Origin: Leeuwenhoekiella sp.
GTDB lineage: Bacteria; Bacteroidota; Bacteroidia; Flavobacteriales; Flavobacteriaceae
NCBI GenBank assembly: GCA_011050015.1
Contig: DRGP01000164.1
Span: 35,515-99,514 of the forward strand
Reading direction: 5' to 3'
DNA: 64,000 bases
The translations under genes were made by a program, and so were the position numbers. Within the stretch, counting starts at the first letter, position 1. Each line of letters begins with the position of its first letter. Below, in pieces: positions 1 to 10,215 of the stretch. The notes below the pieces were generated by a model. It did no database searches. It was given only the letters and a program-made list of their open reading frames with translations, and was not told the DNA's origin.

Positions 1-75
1 GGTTTGACCGATTATCTTGCCGATGTGGCATTAACAATAATCGAACAATCAAAAAGCGGAATCGCTTCAAAATAA
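1..75 (+). CDS. 3' end of an unidentified CDS truncated by the window edge
   Basis: Frame 1 is open from base 1 (GLTDYLADVALTIIEQSKSGIASK) to TAA at 73-75; too short to assign. Confidence 0.4.
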   Translation, partial: GLTDYLADVALTIIEQSKSGIASK

Positions 76-170
76 CCTTGGGTCAAAACTAATAACTTCT
101 ACTTTATGATTGAACCTGAATACCGGTAGAGGGCTAGATTATTTGCTATCTTTATGAAAAATGAACCATT

Positions 171-346
171 ATGAATAGAGAGGCTTAAAAAATCTCGTTA
201 GCAAAATTACTGCTGGAAACGGATTATATAAATGTGTTGTTACAAAACACAATGTCGTATTTTATAGGTTTAATAGTAAAAGAGTAAAAATTGTGACCGT
301 TTTTGACACCCGTCAAAACCCAAAGAAATTAAAAAAATTCAAATAA
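171..346 (+). pseudogene. RelE/ParE-family toxin remnant (internally deleted)
   Basis: ATG at 171 (MNREA*) followed in another frame by ...GLYKCVVTKHNVVFYRFNSKRVKIVTVFDTRQNPKKLKKFK*, the typical C-terminus of Bacteroidota RelE/ParE toxins (xxFDTRQNP); N-terminal half missing. Confidence 0.7.
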
Positions 347-375
347 AAAAGAACCACGCCGTCAAGGCGTGGTTT
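345..375 (-). terminator. Intrinsic terminator downstream of mscL
   Basis: Hairpin AACCACGCC-GTCAA-GGCGTGGTT with an adjacent A-run that is a U-tract on the minus strand. Confidence 0.7.
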
Positions 376-473
376 AGTTAAATAATACTCTGCGTGGCGC
401 AGCGGTTTTCAGGCAATTACCTGAATTTATCTTCAAAAAAGGCCTGTTTCCGACCGATTTTCGGCTTAAAAAG

Positions 474-893
474 CTATTTTTTCCTTAATTCGTCGCGAAT
501 TTCGATAAGCAACTCTTCTTGTGTAGGACCTTTTGGAGCGGCTGGTTTTGCTTCTTCTTTTTTCTTGGTTTTTTCATAACCTTTAAGTAGCCAGTAAATA
601 ACAAAACCAATGATGATAAAATCGATCACGGCCTGTAAAAAGTTACCGTAGGTTAGAATTGCACCTCCAGCTTCTTTTGCGGCCTCTACGGTGGCATATT
701 TTGCTCCATCTAAGGAGAAAAACAGGTTGTTTACGTTTTGTCCGCCCAATAAAAGACCGATAACAGGCATGATGATATCTGCGACCAGTGAACCCACAAT
801 CTTGTTGAAGGCTCCACCTATGATTACCGCGGTGGCCAGCGCTACGATGTCCCCTTTGAGAAGGAACTTTTTAAAGTCAGCTATAAAAGCCAT
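474..893 (-). CDS. mscL: Large-conductance mechanosensitive channel MscL
   Basis: [24 protein letters not shown]-terminus, [12 protein letters not shown]-terminal LLIEIRDEL. Confidence 0.97.
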   Translation of the reverse strand: MAFIADFKKFLLKGDIVALATAVIIGGAFNKIVGSLVADIIMPVIGLLLGGQNVNNLFFSLDGAKYATVEAAKEAGGAILTYGNFLQAVIDFIIIGFVIYWLLKGYEKTKKKEEAKPAAPKGPTQEELLIEIRDELRKK

Positions 894-963
894 ATCTATT
901 TGTTTTGATGGTTAGTGTGCTAAGGTATAAAAAAATACGATTGATTTTTAATTACCTTGTAAA

Positions 964-2064
964 TTAGCTATTTATAATTTTTCTTTTAACCCGTTGAGAG
1001 ATTGCGGTCAATAATTCATAAGAGATAGAACCTACCTTTTTAGCCAGTTCGGGAAGTGGCGCGCCTTTGCCAAAAATGATCACTTCGTCACCCTCTTCAC
1101 AGTCAATTTCAGTTACATTGACCATGACCATATCCATGCACACATTACCCAGGATAGGTGCTTTTTTACCTTTAATGGTGACATAACCTTTGCCATTGCC
1201 GTATTCGCGTGAAATTCCATCGGCATGTCCCAGCGGAATGGTAGCGCTGCGCTCTGGTTTTTTTGCAATATGGGCGCGATTGTAGCCCACGCTTTCACCC
1301 ACTTGAATCTCATGTATCTGCGAAATCACACTTTTTAAAGTAGCCACCGGTTGCAGATGTGTATCTTCTTTAGGATCGTTGCCGTAGCCGTAAAGCCCAA
1401 TGCCGGTGCGCACCATATCAAACTGGGCTTCGGGAAAGTTGAGGATGCCAGAGGTATTGCTCTGATGCAAAATAGGCGTGTAGCTCAAACCGTCGATCAT
1501 CTTTTTGGCGCAATTTTTAAATGTGGAAATTTGATTGAGAGTAAATTCTTTTTCATTGAGATCTTCACTGGCCACGAGGTGCGAGAAGAGCGATTTTAAC
1601 TGAATTGCTTTAGTGGCTTTGAGAATTTTTAAGAGTTGATCTTCGTTACCCGGTTTAAAGCCCAGGCGGTTAAGACCCGTATTAAATTTAATATGTACGG
1701 GGTAGTTTTGTTGTTGTTTCGCTTTCGCGGAAGCGATAAACGCATCAATCACCCGGTAACTGTATAGATTAGGCTCCAAAAAATGGTCTATCATTGCCTC
1801 AAAACTGCCCATTTGTGGGTGTAAAACGAGAATGGGCGTGGTAATACCACCATCGCGCAGGGCGACCCCTTCTTCAGCGTAAGCAACGGCAAAATAATCA
1901 ACTCCCAAACTTTCCAGTTTTCCCGCCACCGCCACCGCATCGCTCCCGTAGCCAAAGGCCTTGGCCACCGCAAGTAGTTGCACGCCCGGTTTTACTTTAG
2001 CCTTAAGATAGTTAAAGTTATGGGTGAGTGCCGCCAAATCTATTTCCAGAACGGTTGCCGCCAT
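964..2064 (-). CDS. alr: Alanine racemase
   Basis: AVAKAFGYG PLP-lysine motif, HIKFNTGLNRLG, GNVCMDM, SYELLT. Confidence 0.96.
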   Translation of the reverse strand: MAATVLEIDLAALTHNFNYLKAKVKPGVQLLAVAKAFGYGSDAVAVAGKLESLGVDYFAVAYAEEGVALRDGGITTPILVLHPQMGSFEAMIDHFLEPNLYSYRVIDAFIASAKAKQQQNYPVHIKFNTGLNRLGFKPGNEDQLLKILKATKAIQLKSLFSHLVASEDLNEKEFTLNQISTFKNCAKKMIDGLSYTPILHQSNTSGILNFPEAQFDMVRTGIGLYGYGNDPKEDTHLQPVATLKSVISQIHEIQVGESVGYNRAHIAKKPERSATIPLGHADGISREYGNGKGYVTIKGKKAPILGNVCMDMVMVNVTEIDCEEGDEVIIFGKGAPLPELAKKVGSISYELLTAISQRVKRKIINS

Positions 2065-2706
2065 TTATTCTTTATTGGGTGAAGGCTTGATGGTTTTAGG
2101 ATCCTGCACATCGATTTGCTTTAAGCGTTCCCGCAGCATGGCCTTGTAATAAGCCCCACGGCTCAGGGGTTCGTATTCTTCGGTCTCGCCCAGTAAAACC
2201 AGATCATCGCTGGCGGCCTTCCGGTAACTGAACTGCGCGAGATTGCCCGTACGGGTACAAACGGCATGCACTTTGGTCACGTACTCTGCGGTAGCCATAA
2301 GCGCTGGCATGGGGCCGAAAGGATTCCCTTTAAAATCCATATCCAGACCCGCGACAATCACGCGCACACCGCGATTGGCCAGGTCATTGCAGACCTTTAC
2401 GATCTCATTGTCAAAAAATTGGGCCTCATCAATCCCCACTACATCGCAGGCATCGGCCAGGATGGGAATGTTTGCGGCTGCGGGAACGGGCGTAGAGCGT
2501 ATTTCGTTTGCATCGTGTGAGATCACCAGATCTTCATCATAGCGCACATCTATGGCCGGTTTAAAGATTTCCACTTTTTGTTTTGCAAACTTGGCGCGTT
2601 TGAGCCGGCGGATCAATTCTTCGGTCTTGCCCGAAAACATGGAGCCGCAGATGACTTCTATCCAACCAAATTGCTCTTTGTGATTAACGGTATTTTCGAG
2701 AAACAT
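2065..2706 (-). CDS. tdk: Thymidine kinase
   Basis: [14 protein letters not shown]-loop, IDEAQFF, AGLDMDF; start taken at ATG 2706 (MFLENT), below the TAAATTTG promoter element at about 2763-2770. Confidence 0.96.
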   Translation of the reverse strand: MFLENTVNHKEQFGWIEVICGSMFSGKTEELIRRLKRAKFAKQKVEIFKPAIDVRYDEDLVISHDANEIRSTPVPAAANIPILADACDVVGIDEAQFFDNEIVKVCNDLANRGVRVIVAGLDMDFKGNPFGPMPALMATAEYVTKVHAVCTRTGNLAQFSYRKAASDDLVLLGETEEYEPLSRGAYYKAMLRERLKQIDVQDPKTIKPSPNKE

Positions 2707-2891
2707 TTTGTACTTTTCAATTCCTAAACGGCAGGATCGCTGTTTTAAGGTGCAAGATGGGGCAAATTTAATAAATAGTATCAATCCCCGACACACGGCC
2801 TTCCGCATTTTTAAAAAGGCTGCCGGTTTCTTATTTTTACCTTTTAAAAATCCTGTTTTTGTTATATTATGTGTGAATTAATTAAGAAGAT

Positions 2892-3818
2892 ATGAAGAAG
2901 CAATTAAAATCTGAATTGGTGAGCCTTGCCCACCACATCCTTCAGATGAGTTCAGACGCTAATTATTCTGCCATGCAGCAGGAAGCCAAAAAGCTGTATG
3001 AGAAGCTTACGGTTATGGCTTTCGCCGAAAAACACTTTGACGGGATAAGTCCCACCATTGGCAAAGCCGAAATCATCGAGGCCCTTCAGGATAAAAATGA
3101 GGAGGAAATCAAGGAAATTATTGAAGAAGCGGAAGAAAAACAGGAGGACGTTGGCATTGAAGATGACAGTACGCGCCGTATGGACGAAATTGCAAAAGCA
3201 AACGAACTCATTTTTGAACGCGCCAGAAGCAAGAGGGAAAATCCGCCTAAAAGCATTGAAAATCCCCCCAGCCAACCAGAAAACAAACCCAGTCAATCCT
3301 CGCTGTACGAACCGGTGATCGAAAAGATCAAGGACATGGTGGCCATGATGCCACCAGAGGCCGATGCCATCGATGATATGTTTAAGGAAATTACGGGTCA
3401 AAACAATATGAAAAACGACCGTGATGACATCGGTGAATATGGCCGCATGCCTGAGTTTGAAGAAAAAAAGGAAGATCAGGAAAAGCGCCAGGATAAAGAA
3501 GACCGCACGCTAAAACCGGAAACGGAAAATGAGGAAACCGAAAGCAACGATGGGATGCGTCAAAAATCCCTCAATGACCGTCTAACGCAAGGGCTAAAAA
3601 TAGGTCTGAATAATCGTATCGTTTTCATCAAATATCTTTTTAATGGCAGTGCGACAGATTATAACCGCGTGCTTTCTCAACTTAACACGCAACGCAGCTG
3701 GCCAGAAGCACTCCAGTTTATAGACCAAATGGTCAAACCAGATTATAATAATTGGCAGGGTAAAGAGGGCTATGAGCAGCGTTTCAAGGAAATTGTGGAA
3801 AAGAGATTTAACTCCTAA
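2892..3818 (+). CDS. Hypothetical protein, acidic low-complexity middle region
   Basis: 308-aa ORF; N-terminus (MKKQLKSELVSLAHHIL) and C-terminus (SLNDRL..IGLNNR..F) resemble a conserved Bacteroidota hypothetical family. Confidence 0.85.
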   Translation: MKKQLKSELVSLAHHILQMSSDANYSAMQQEAKKLYEKLTVMAFAEKHFDGISPTIGKAEIIEALQDKNEEEIKEIIEEAEEKQEDVGIEDDSTRRMDEIAKANELIFERARSKRENPPKSIENPPSQPENKPSQSSLYEPVIEKIKDMVAMMPPEADAIDDMFKEITGQNNMKNDRDDIGEYGRMPEFEEKKEDQEKRQDKEDRTLKPETENEETESNDGMRQKSLNDRLTQGLKIGLNNRIVFIKYLFNGSATDYNRVLSQLNTQRSWPEALQFIDQMVKPDYNNWQGKEGYEQRFKEIVEKRFNS

Positions 3819-3862
3819 TCATTCAATTTTCTCCTATATTCAAACTTATGAAAATCGTATAA

Positions 3863-4531
3863 ATGGGTAAATTATACCTCGTTCCCACGCCTATAGGAAA
3901 TCTGGAAGATATGACTTTTAGAGCGGTAAGAGTGCTGCAGGAGGCAGATCTCATCCTTGCCGAAGATACCCGTACCAGCGGAAAATTACTCAAGCATTTT
4001 GAGATTATGACTCAGATGCACTCCCACCACATGCACAACGAGCATAAAACGGTAGATAACATTGTAGAACGCATAAAAAGCGGAGAAACTATTGCATTGA
4101 TAAGCGATGCGGGTACACCGGCAATTTCCGATCCCGGTTTTTTATTGACCCGCGCTTGTGTAGAAAATGGTCTGGAAGTGGACTGCTTACCGGGAGCAAC
4201 CGCTTTTGTGCCGGCACTTGTAAACAGCGGCCTGCCCAATGATAAATTTATTTTTGAAGGGTTTTTGCCGGTAAAAAAGGGGCGAAAGACGCGCTTTCAA
4301 CTCCTGGCCGAAGAAGAGCGCACCATGATTTTTTATGAAAGTCCCCATAAACTGATCAAAACCCTAGGTCATATGGTGGAATATTTTGGCGCGACACGGA
4401 AACTTTCTGTGTCGCGAGAAATCTCAAAATTGCACGAAGAAACCATACGCGGTACCGCAGAAGAAGTTCACGCCCATTTTGAAAACAAGCCACCTAAAGG
4501 GGAACTGGTCATCGTGGTGGCTGGGAAGTGA
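3863..4531 (+). CDS. rsmI: 16S rRNA (cytidine1402-2'-O)-methyltransferase
   Basis: LYLVPTPIGNLEDMT, AEDTR, SDAGTPAISDPG, FYESPH, REISKLHEE. Confidence 0.97.
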   Translation: MGKLYLVPTPIGNLEDMTFRAVRVLQEADLILAEDTRTSGKLLKHFEIMTQMHSHHMHNEHKTVDNIVERIKSGETIALISDAGTPAISDPGFLLTRACVENGLEVDCLPGATAFVPALVNSGLPNDKFIFEGFLPVKKGRKTRFQLLAEEERTMIFYESPHKLIKTLGHMVEYFGATRKLSVSREISKLHEETIRGTAEEVHAHFENKPPKGELVIVVAGK

Positions 4532-4545
4532 GTGAAGAATATAAA

Positions 4546-5136
4546 TTACTTGTGTTTCCCCACTTCAAAACCATTCTTGCCCAAAAACTGTTTGCCGCTG
4601 GCGATAGCTGGTTCTTCTAGAGAAGTTGCCATAGAATCGTTCCAGCGGTTCAGATAACCAAAAAGGGAGATTACCCCCAGCATTTCCACAATCTCGCCTT
4701 CATCCCAAAATTCATAGAGACGCTCTTTAATTTCTTCATCCACGCCGTTGGGTACTTGGCTTGCCTTTAGCGCAAAATCCAGCGCGGCACGTTCGGCTTC
4801 AGAAAAGGAAGGATGTGTGCGGTATTCCCAGATATTGTCCAGCTGTTCCTGTTCTGCGCCATAACGTTCGGCGGCACGTATCGCGTGGGCCTGGCAATAA
4901 CGGCAGCCCGCGGCATTGCTGCTCACCCAGGCCATCATGCGCTTGAGCGCGGAAGTAACCCGACCCTCATTTGCCATTACCGCCTTGTTGAGGTTTATGA
5001 AAGCGCGTGAAATCTCAGGACGCCGTTGCATGGTAAGCACGCTATTGGGACAAAAACCCAGCGTTTCATTAAAGAATTCGGCAAGTTCGCTTGTGGTTGT
5101 GTCATGCTGGGCATCTAAAGGAGGTACTAAAGGCAT
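4546..5136 (-). CDS. Carboxymuconolactone decarboxylase/AhpD-like peroxidase-related protein
   Basis: VSSNAAGCRYCQAH CxxC-H motif; FSEAERAAL. Confidence 0.85.
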   Translation of the reverse strand: MPLVPPLDAQHDTTTSELAEFFNETLGFCPNSVLTMQRRPEISRAFINLNKAVMANEGRVTSALKRMMAWVSSNAAGCRYCQAHAIRAAERYGAEQEQLDNIWEYRTHPSFSEAERAALDFALKASQVPNGVDEEIKERLYEFWDEGEIVEMLGVISLFGYLNRWNDSMATSLEEPAIASGKQFLGKNGFEVGKHK

Positions 5137-5344
5137 AGGTTAATATTTTAAAGTAAATGAATGTGAAACTATAGTGTTTTAGGGATAGGCTATTTTATGA
5201 AATTGTTATTTTTTTCCTTAATAATAAGGTGGTAAACTGTATTTCTTCCGCTTTAAAGAAGCAAAAAAGTATTCTTTCTATCGTGTAAATTAAGCATTTC
5301 TGCATGCTTTCTATGTGGAATATTTCAAAGGATAACTAAATATT

Positions 5345-5424
5345 ATTCATATTTAGTTTAAATAAACTTTAGAATTTAAAAAGCACGCATTACATTTGCC
5401 GCTCTATTTGAAATAAGTCTAAAT
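5345..5424 (+). promoter_or_regulatory. Promoter (TACATTTG, 5391-5398) flanked by two putative Fur-type boxes
   Basis: 19-bp imperfect palindromes ATTCATATTTAGTTTAAAT (5345-5363) and ATTTGAAATAAGTCTAAAT (5406-5424), similar to the box before feoA. Confidence 0.65.
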
Positions 5425-5439
5425 TAAAATACATCAATA

Positions 5440-7917
5440 ATGCGGAACACTATTTTCCTAATGCTTTTCTTTCTTCTCGTACAATTTGGGTTTGCCCAAT
5501 CTAACGGAATCCTTGAAGGTAAAGTTATAAATAATGCCGGTATGGCCATTACAGACGCTAATGTAAAGTTGGCAGGAACTCAATTCGGCACCCAGACCGA
5601 TGCCTTAGGAACGTTCCGCATTAGTGCTGTTTCTACCGGAAATTATATTCTCAGGATTTCATATGTGGGGTATCAAATGCGGGAAATTAACGTAGAGGTC
5701 TTGGCCAATCAAACCAATACCATAGCGGACATAATACTTTCCAGCAGTGAGGAGCAATTGGGAGAAGTGGTTTTACAGGGCAATGGAAATATTAACGATT
5801 TTAGCCGTGCAAAAAGTGATTATGTGGCGAAGATGCCGTTGAAAGAGATCGAAAATCCACAAGTGTATAACACCATTACGGCAGAATTGCTTCAAGAACA
5901 GGTAATTACCACCTTTGATGATGCCCTCAAAAACGCCCCCGGAATTACTAAATTGTGGGAATCTACCGGTAGGGGCAGTGATGGCGCCGGTTATTTTTCC
6001 TTGCGTGGCTTTGCGGTGCAACCTACGCTGGTAAATGGTCTTCCCGGTGTTACTAATGGTAGTCCAGATCCCGCAAATATTGAGCGTATTGAGGTTTTAA
6101 AAGGCCCTTCGGGAACCCTTTACGGGAGTAGTTTAATTTCTTATGGGGGACTCATAAATATTGTGACCAAAAAGCCGTATTCTTATTTTGGCGGAAATAT
6201 TTCTTACGTTATGGGAAGTAACGGCCTTAACCGCGTTACTGCAGATATCAACACGCCACTGGATGAAGAAGGAGATGTGGCGCTGCGACTCAACACCGCT
6301 TACGATACGAGGAACAGTTTTCAGGATGCCGGTTTTCGCAAGTCTCTTTTTGTGGCGCCTTCGTTGAGTTATAAAGTCAACGACCGCCTTTCTTTTCTTA
6401 TCAATACTGAATTTTATTATGGCGAAAGCACAAACACCACCATGCTTTTTGTGGATCGCGGTGCGCCATTGCGTGTAAATAACATACAGGAATTGGGCTA
6501 CGACCCAGAGCGTTCTTTTACCAGTAATGATTTGGTTTTGGAAAACCCCAACTTTAGTCTGCAAGGCCAGATGAATTATAAAATATCAGACAGCTGGACT
6601 TCCCAGACGGTGGTTTCCCGTGGTTCTGCTAAGTCGAAAGGTCTGTATTCCTACCTTTATGAAGGAACGCAATTTTTTCAAAATCAGGAGGAGGTGCCCG
6701 GGGAAGTAACAAATTTAAACGAAGGGATTGCCCTTACCCGTTACATCAGTGATCAAAATTCAACAACGCTTACCACAGATATTCAGCAAAATTTTATTGG
6801 TGATTTTGAAATTGGTGGCTTGCGTAATCGCGTTGTTGCCGGTCTCGATTATTATAACCGGGAAGTGATTGACAATAATTCCGGCTATGTGGCAAACGGT
6901 ATTGTTTATATTGGTAATGCCAGTTTGCAAAATGTCAATGAGAGCATTTACGGTATCTACAACCCTGACAATTACATTACAGATAATGATAGCGGTGTTC
7001 TTTCTGAAGCGGCAACCTATAATTTGCTGGCCAATACCAACCGGAACAGCAATAATGTAAACCAGGAAGTGTACAGTGCCTATGTTTCGGACGTGTTGAA
7101 TTTTACGCCAAATCTTTCTGCAATGGCCAGTTTGCGTATTGATCAATTTGAAAGTGATGACAACAGCCAGACCGCGCTTTCTCCAAAATTTGGCCTCGTC
7201 TACCAGCCCATTCTTGATCGGGTGGCGCTTTTCGCCAATTATATGGACGGTTTTACCAATTTGACCCCTCAAGAACAGGGTGATCCAGCAAATGGCCAAA
7301 CCACAACGGTAACCTTTGATCCCGAGCGCGCTAAGCAATTTGAAGTGGGGACTAAACTGAATATTGTACAGAACAAGCTCGCGGCTACTTTTAGTTATTA
7401 TGACATTCAAGTGAGCAATACGGTGCTTGAAGAGACAGATCGCCCTTTCTTTTATGTGCAAGATGGGGAGCGTTACAGCCGTGGTTTTGAGGCCAGTCTT
7501 ACCGCAAGTCCATTACAAGGTCTTAATATCATTGCCGGGTACAGTTATAATGACAGTAAACTCAATAAAACAGACCAGACCGACTTTTTAAACCGTAGGC
7601 CAGAATCTGCCGGCCCTAAAAACCTGGTCAATTTATGGATCAGCTACCGTTTTCCGGAAACTGTACTTGAAGGACTGGGAGTAGGTTTTGGTGGGAATTA
7701 CGCCAGCGAAAACATGATTTTTAACCGCCAGTTAAGTGGTGTTTTTACCCTTCCGGAGTACACGGTGCTTAATGCCTCTGTTTTTTATAATGTTGACAAA
7801 TTTGCCATAAACTTAAAGTTGAATAATCTGGCAGATAAGCAATATTATTCTGGCTGGTCAACCATCACGCCGCAAATGCCGAGAAATTTTGCGGCAGCAT
7901 TCACCTATAAATTCTAA
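5440..7917 (+). CDS. TonB-dependent siderophore-type receptor
   Basis: Signal peptide, N-terminal carboxypeptidase-regulatory-like domain, plug motif IERIEVLKGPSGTLYG, NNLADKQY, terminal YKF. Confidence 0.93.
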   Translation: MRNTIFLMLFFLLVQFGFAQSNGILEGKVINNAGMAITDANVKLAGTQFGTQTDALGTFRISAVSTGNYILRISYVGYQMREINVEVLANQTNTIADIILSSSEEQLGEVVLQGNGNINDFSRAKSDYVAKMPLKEIENPQVYNTITAELLQEQVITTFDDALKNAPGITKLWESTGRGSDGAGYFSLRGFAVQPTLVNGLPGVTNGSPDPANIERIEVLKGPSGTLYGSSLISYGGLINIVTKKPYSYFGGNISYVMGSNGLNRVTADINTPLDEEGDVALRLNTAYDTRNSFQDAGFRKSLFVAPSLSYKVNDRLSFLINTEFYYGESTNTTMLFVDRGAPLRVNNIQELGYDPERSFTSNDLVLENPNFSLQGQMNYKISDSWTSQTVVSRGSAKSKGLYSYLYEGTQFFQNQEEVPGEVTNLNEGIALTRYISDQNSTTLTTDIQQNFIGDFEIGGLRNRVVAGLDYYNREVIDNNSGYVANGIVYIGNASLQNVNESIYGIYNPDNYITDNDSGVLSEAATYNLLANTNRNSNNVNQEVYSAYVSDVLNFTPNLSAMASLRIDQFESDDNSQTALSPKFGLVYQPILDRVALFANYMDGFTNLTPQEQGDPANGQTTTVTFDPERAKQFEVGTKLNIVQNKLAATFSYYDIQVSNTVLEETDRPFFYVQDGERYSRGFEASLTASPLQGLNIIAGYSYNDSKLNKTDQTDFLNRRPESAGPKNLVNLWISYRFPETVLEGLGVGFGGNYASENMIFNRQLSGVFTLPEYTVLNASVFYNVDKFAINLKLNNLADKQYYSGWSTITPQMPRNFAAAFTYKF

Positions 7918-7933
7918 ATAATTCCTTATCGAA

Positions 7934-7951
7934 CTTCTCCTTTGGGGAAGG
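7934..7951 (-). repeat. REP-like short palindromic repeat, type A (partial copy)
   Basis: Reverse complement contains TCCCCAAAGGAGAAG, identical to 15381-15395. Confidence 0.55.
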
Positions 7952-7957
7952 CCAGAA

Positions 7958-9181
7958 TTGTTTTTCAGAATTCTGGGTGGGAAAATTTTTAAACTCTTAA
8001 TTTTAGCCGTCAAAAGGGCATTTTTAGCACTTTTTGGCGGTTTTCTATATGAAGAAAAAAAACGACAAAAACCAATAAGAAAGTGGGCGGGAAGGCTTCA
8101 TTTATGGTTGGGCCTTACCTCGGGTATTGTTGTGTTTATTGTAGCCATTACTGGCTGTATATTTGCCTTTCAGGATGAGATTCAGGATGTTACGCGCGAC
8201 TGGAGAAAACTGCCCGCGCAACAACAACAGTTTGTAGCGCCTTCGCAGCTTTTGCACAAAGTACATTCCCTTTTACCCAATTCCACTGCGAGTTTTGTGA
8301 CCTATAACGGTAAGGAACGGCCAGCGCATGTGTATGCTTTTATGAATAATGTTCCCTATTATCTTTATTTTAATCCCTATACGGGGGAATTGCTGCACGT
8401 TCAAAACCTGAATGAAGATTTTTTTATCATTATCGAGAATCTGCACATGTACCTGCTCCTGCCAGAAGCTATCGGGAAGCAGATCGTTGGGATTTCCACT
8501 ATAATTTTTGTGATTATGCTCATTACAGGGATAATTCTTTGGTGGCCAAAAAAGAAAAAACAATTGGCGACTAATTTAAAAGTCCGCTGGAAGGCGCGCT
8601 GGCGCCGTGTGAATTACGATCTGCACCGCACTGCCGGTATTTATTGTGCCCTGATCGCGCTGTTACTTGCGATCACAGGTCTGGGCATCGCCTATGAATG
8701 GATGCACGCCTCTTTTTATACCGTAGGAAATCTGGGGCAAGATTATCCTGCAGATCATGAAGTTCCCAAAATAACCGAGATTCCAGAAGCGGTTTTGCCA
8801 CAAGCTTTTGACCGCGCGTTTTATACAACCGTTGAAAAACTTCCGCAAAGTGGAATGTATTTTGTGCTGGATCAGGGTGCAGATAAACCTATTTTAACCG
8901 GGGCATATCCCAAAGCACTTACTTTTGATCACCAATCCAATTTTTATTTCCATCCCAAAACCGGCCAACCCCTAGCTTCCCATTTATATGCCGAAAAAAG
9001 TCCTGGTCTTCAATTTCAGGAAATGAACTATGGCCTGCACACCGGTCAATATTTTGGTCTTTTGGGCAAGATTTTAGCTTTTTTTACCAGTTTATTTGTG
9101 GCTGGCCTCCCCATGAGCGGTTTTATGATCTGGTGGGGACGGCGTAATAAGAAAGGTTCTAAAGGATCTCTTGTAGCATAA
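7958..9181 (+). CDS. PepSY-associated TM helix domain protein (putative ferric-siderophore reductase); start uncertain
   Basis: LHLWLGL, LHMYL, TGIILWWP, DLHR, LHTG His-bearing TM segments; lies directly after the receptor. Confidence 0.9.
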   Translation: MFFRILGGKIFKLLILAVKRAFLALFGGFLYEEKKRQKPIRKWAGRLHLWLGLTSGIVVFIVAITGCIFAFQDEIQDVTRDWRKLPAQQQQFVAPSQLLHKVHSLLPNSTASFVTYNGKERPAHVYAFMNNVPYYLYFNPYTGELLHVQNLNEDFFIIIENLHMYLLLPEAIGKQIVGISTIIFVIMLITGIILWWPKKKKQLATNLKVRWKARWRRVNYDLHRTAGIYCALIALLLAITGLGIAYEWMHASFYTVGNLGQDYPADHEVPKITEIPEAVLPQAFDRAFYTTVEKLPQSGMYFVLDQGADKPILTGAYPKALTFDHQSNFYFHPKTGQPLASHLYAEKSPGLQFQEMNYGLHTGQYFGLLGKILAFFTSLFVAGLPMSGFMIWWGRRNKKGSKGSLVA

Positions 9182-9222
9182 TTTACTTCTAAAACCACCT
9201 ATTAGTATTACCTTTGTTTATA

Positions 9223-10122
9223 ATGTTTGATTATAAACTTCACGTCTTTTTTACCGTCGCCAGCCGCCTGAGTTTCTCCAAGGGGGCTGAAGAGTTACAC
9301 ATTACACAGCCTGCTGTAACCCGCCATATCAAACAAATGGAGCAACACTTTAACCAGAGACTCTTTGAGCGGAAGGGCAATAGCATAAGCCTTACCAAAG
9401 CGGGAAGCGTCTTGCTTGAACATACTAAAGAGATTATGGCGCGCCATACCGCGTTGCAATTTGACATGAACGCCTTGGCCGATAAAACGGAAGGCGTGCT
9501 AAAAATTGCTGCCAGCACCACCATTGCGCAGTATATTTTGCCAGAAGTTCTGGCAAAATTCCATCAAAAATATCCTAAAGTTAAGGTGGCGCTTTTCAAT
9601 GCCAATACAGAGGGTGTGGAGCGTGCCATTATAAGCGACGATGCCATTCTGGGATTTATAGAAGGCAGCTCAAAAAACAGGGAAATTGCCTACCAGCCTT
9701 TTCTAAACGATGAGATCGTGCTGGTGGTCGCGCAGGGGCATGATTTGTACAACAGCGATACGCTGCCTATAGAAGATTTACCAAATTATCCGTTGGTGCT
9801 GCGGGAGACTGGTTCGGGCACGCTTGAGGTTATAATGGATGCGCTAGCAAAAAAAAACATTCCCTTTGAAGCGTTGAATATCGCTATGCGGCTGGGTAGT
9901 TCAGAAAGTATAAAGTCTTATTTGACAGATCAACACAGCTTAGCTTTTTTGAGCATCAATACCATTTTAAAGGAATTGAAAACCGGAGCGCTGGGCATTG
10001 TAGATATTGATGATCTTAGTCTGCAACGCCCGTTTTACTACATCAAAAAGCAGGGTCAGCAATCAGCCTTGTCCACTCTTTTTATACAATTTATCAAGCA
10101 TCACTATAACATATTGTTATAA
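9223..10122 (+). CDS. LysR-family regulator (YeiE/CysL-like)
   Basis: SFSKGAEELHITQPAVTRHIK HTH; ASTTIAQY, RETGSGT; precedes a YeiH gene; start ATG 9223. Confidence 0.92.
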   Translation: MFDYKLHVFFTVASRLSFSKGAEELHITQPAVTRHIKQMEQHFNQRLFERKGNSISLTKAGSVLLEHTKEIMARHTALQFDMNALADKTEGVLKIAASTTIAQYILPEVLAKFHQKYPKVKVALFNANTEGVERAIISDDAILGFIEGSSKNREIAYQPFLNDEIVLVVAQGHDLYNSDTLPIEDLPNYPLVLRETGSGTLEVIMDALAKKNIPFEALNIAMRLGSSESIKSYLTDQHSLAFLSINTILKELKTGALGIVDIDDLSLQRPFYYIKKQGQQSALSTLFIQFIKHHYNILL

Positions 10123-10215
10123 TACATGCTTTTTTAGCATTTGACTTGAGAAGCTTCTCCCAGTACTTTTACATTGATTTAAATAACAGATCGTTCATTT
10201 AAAAAAAAACAACCG

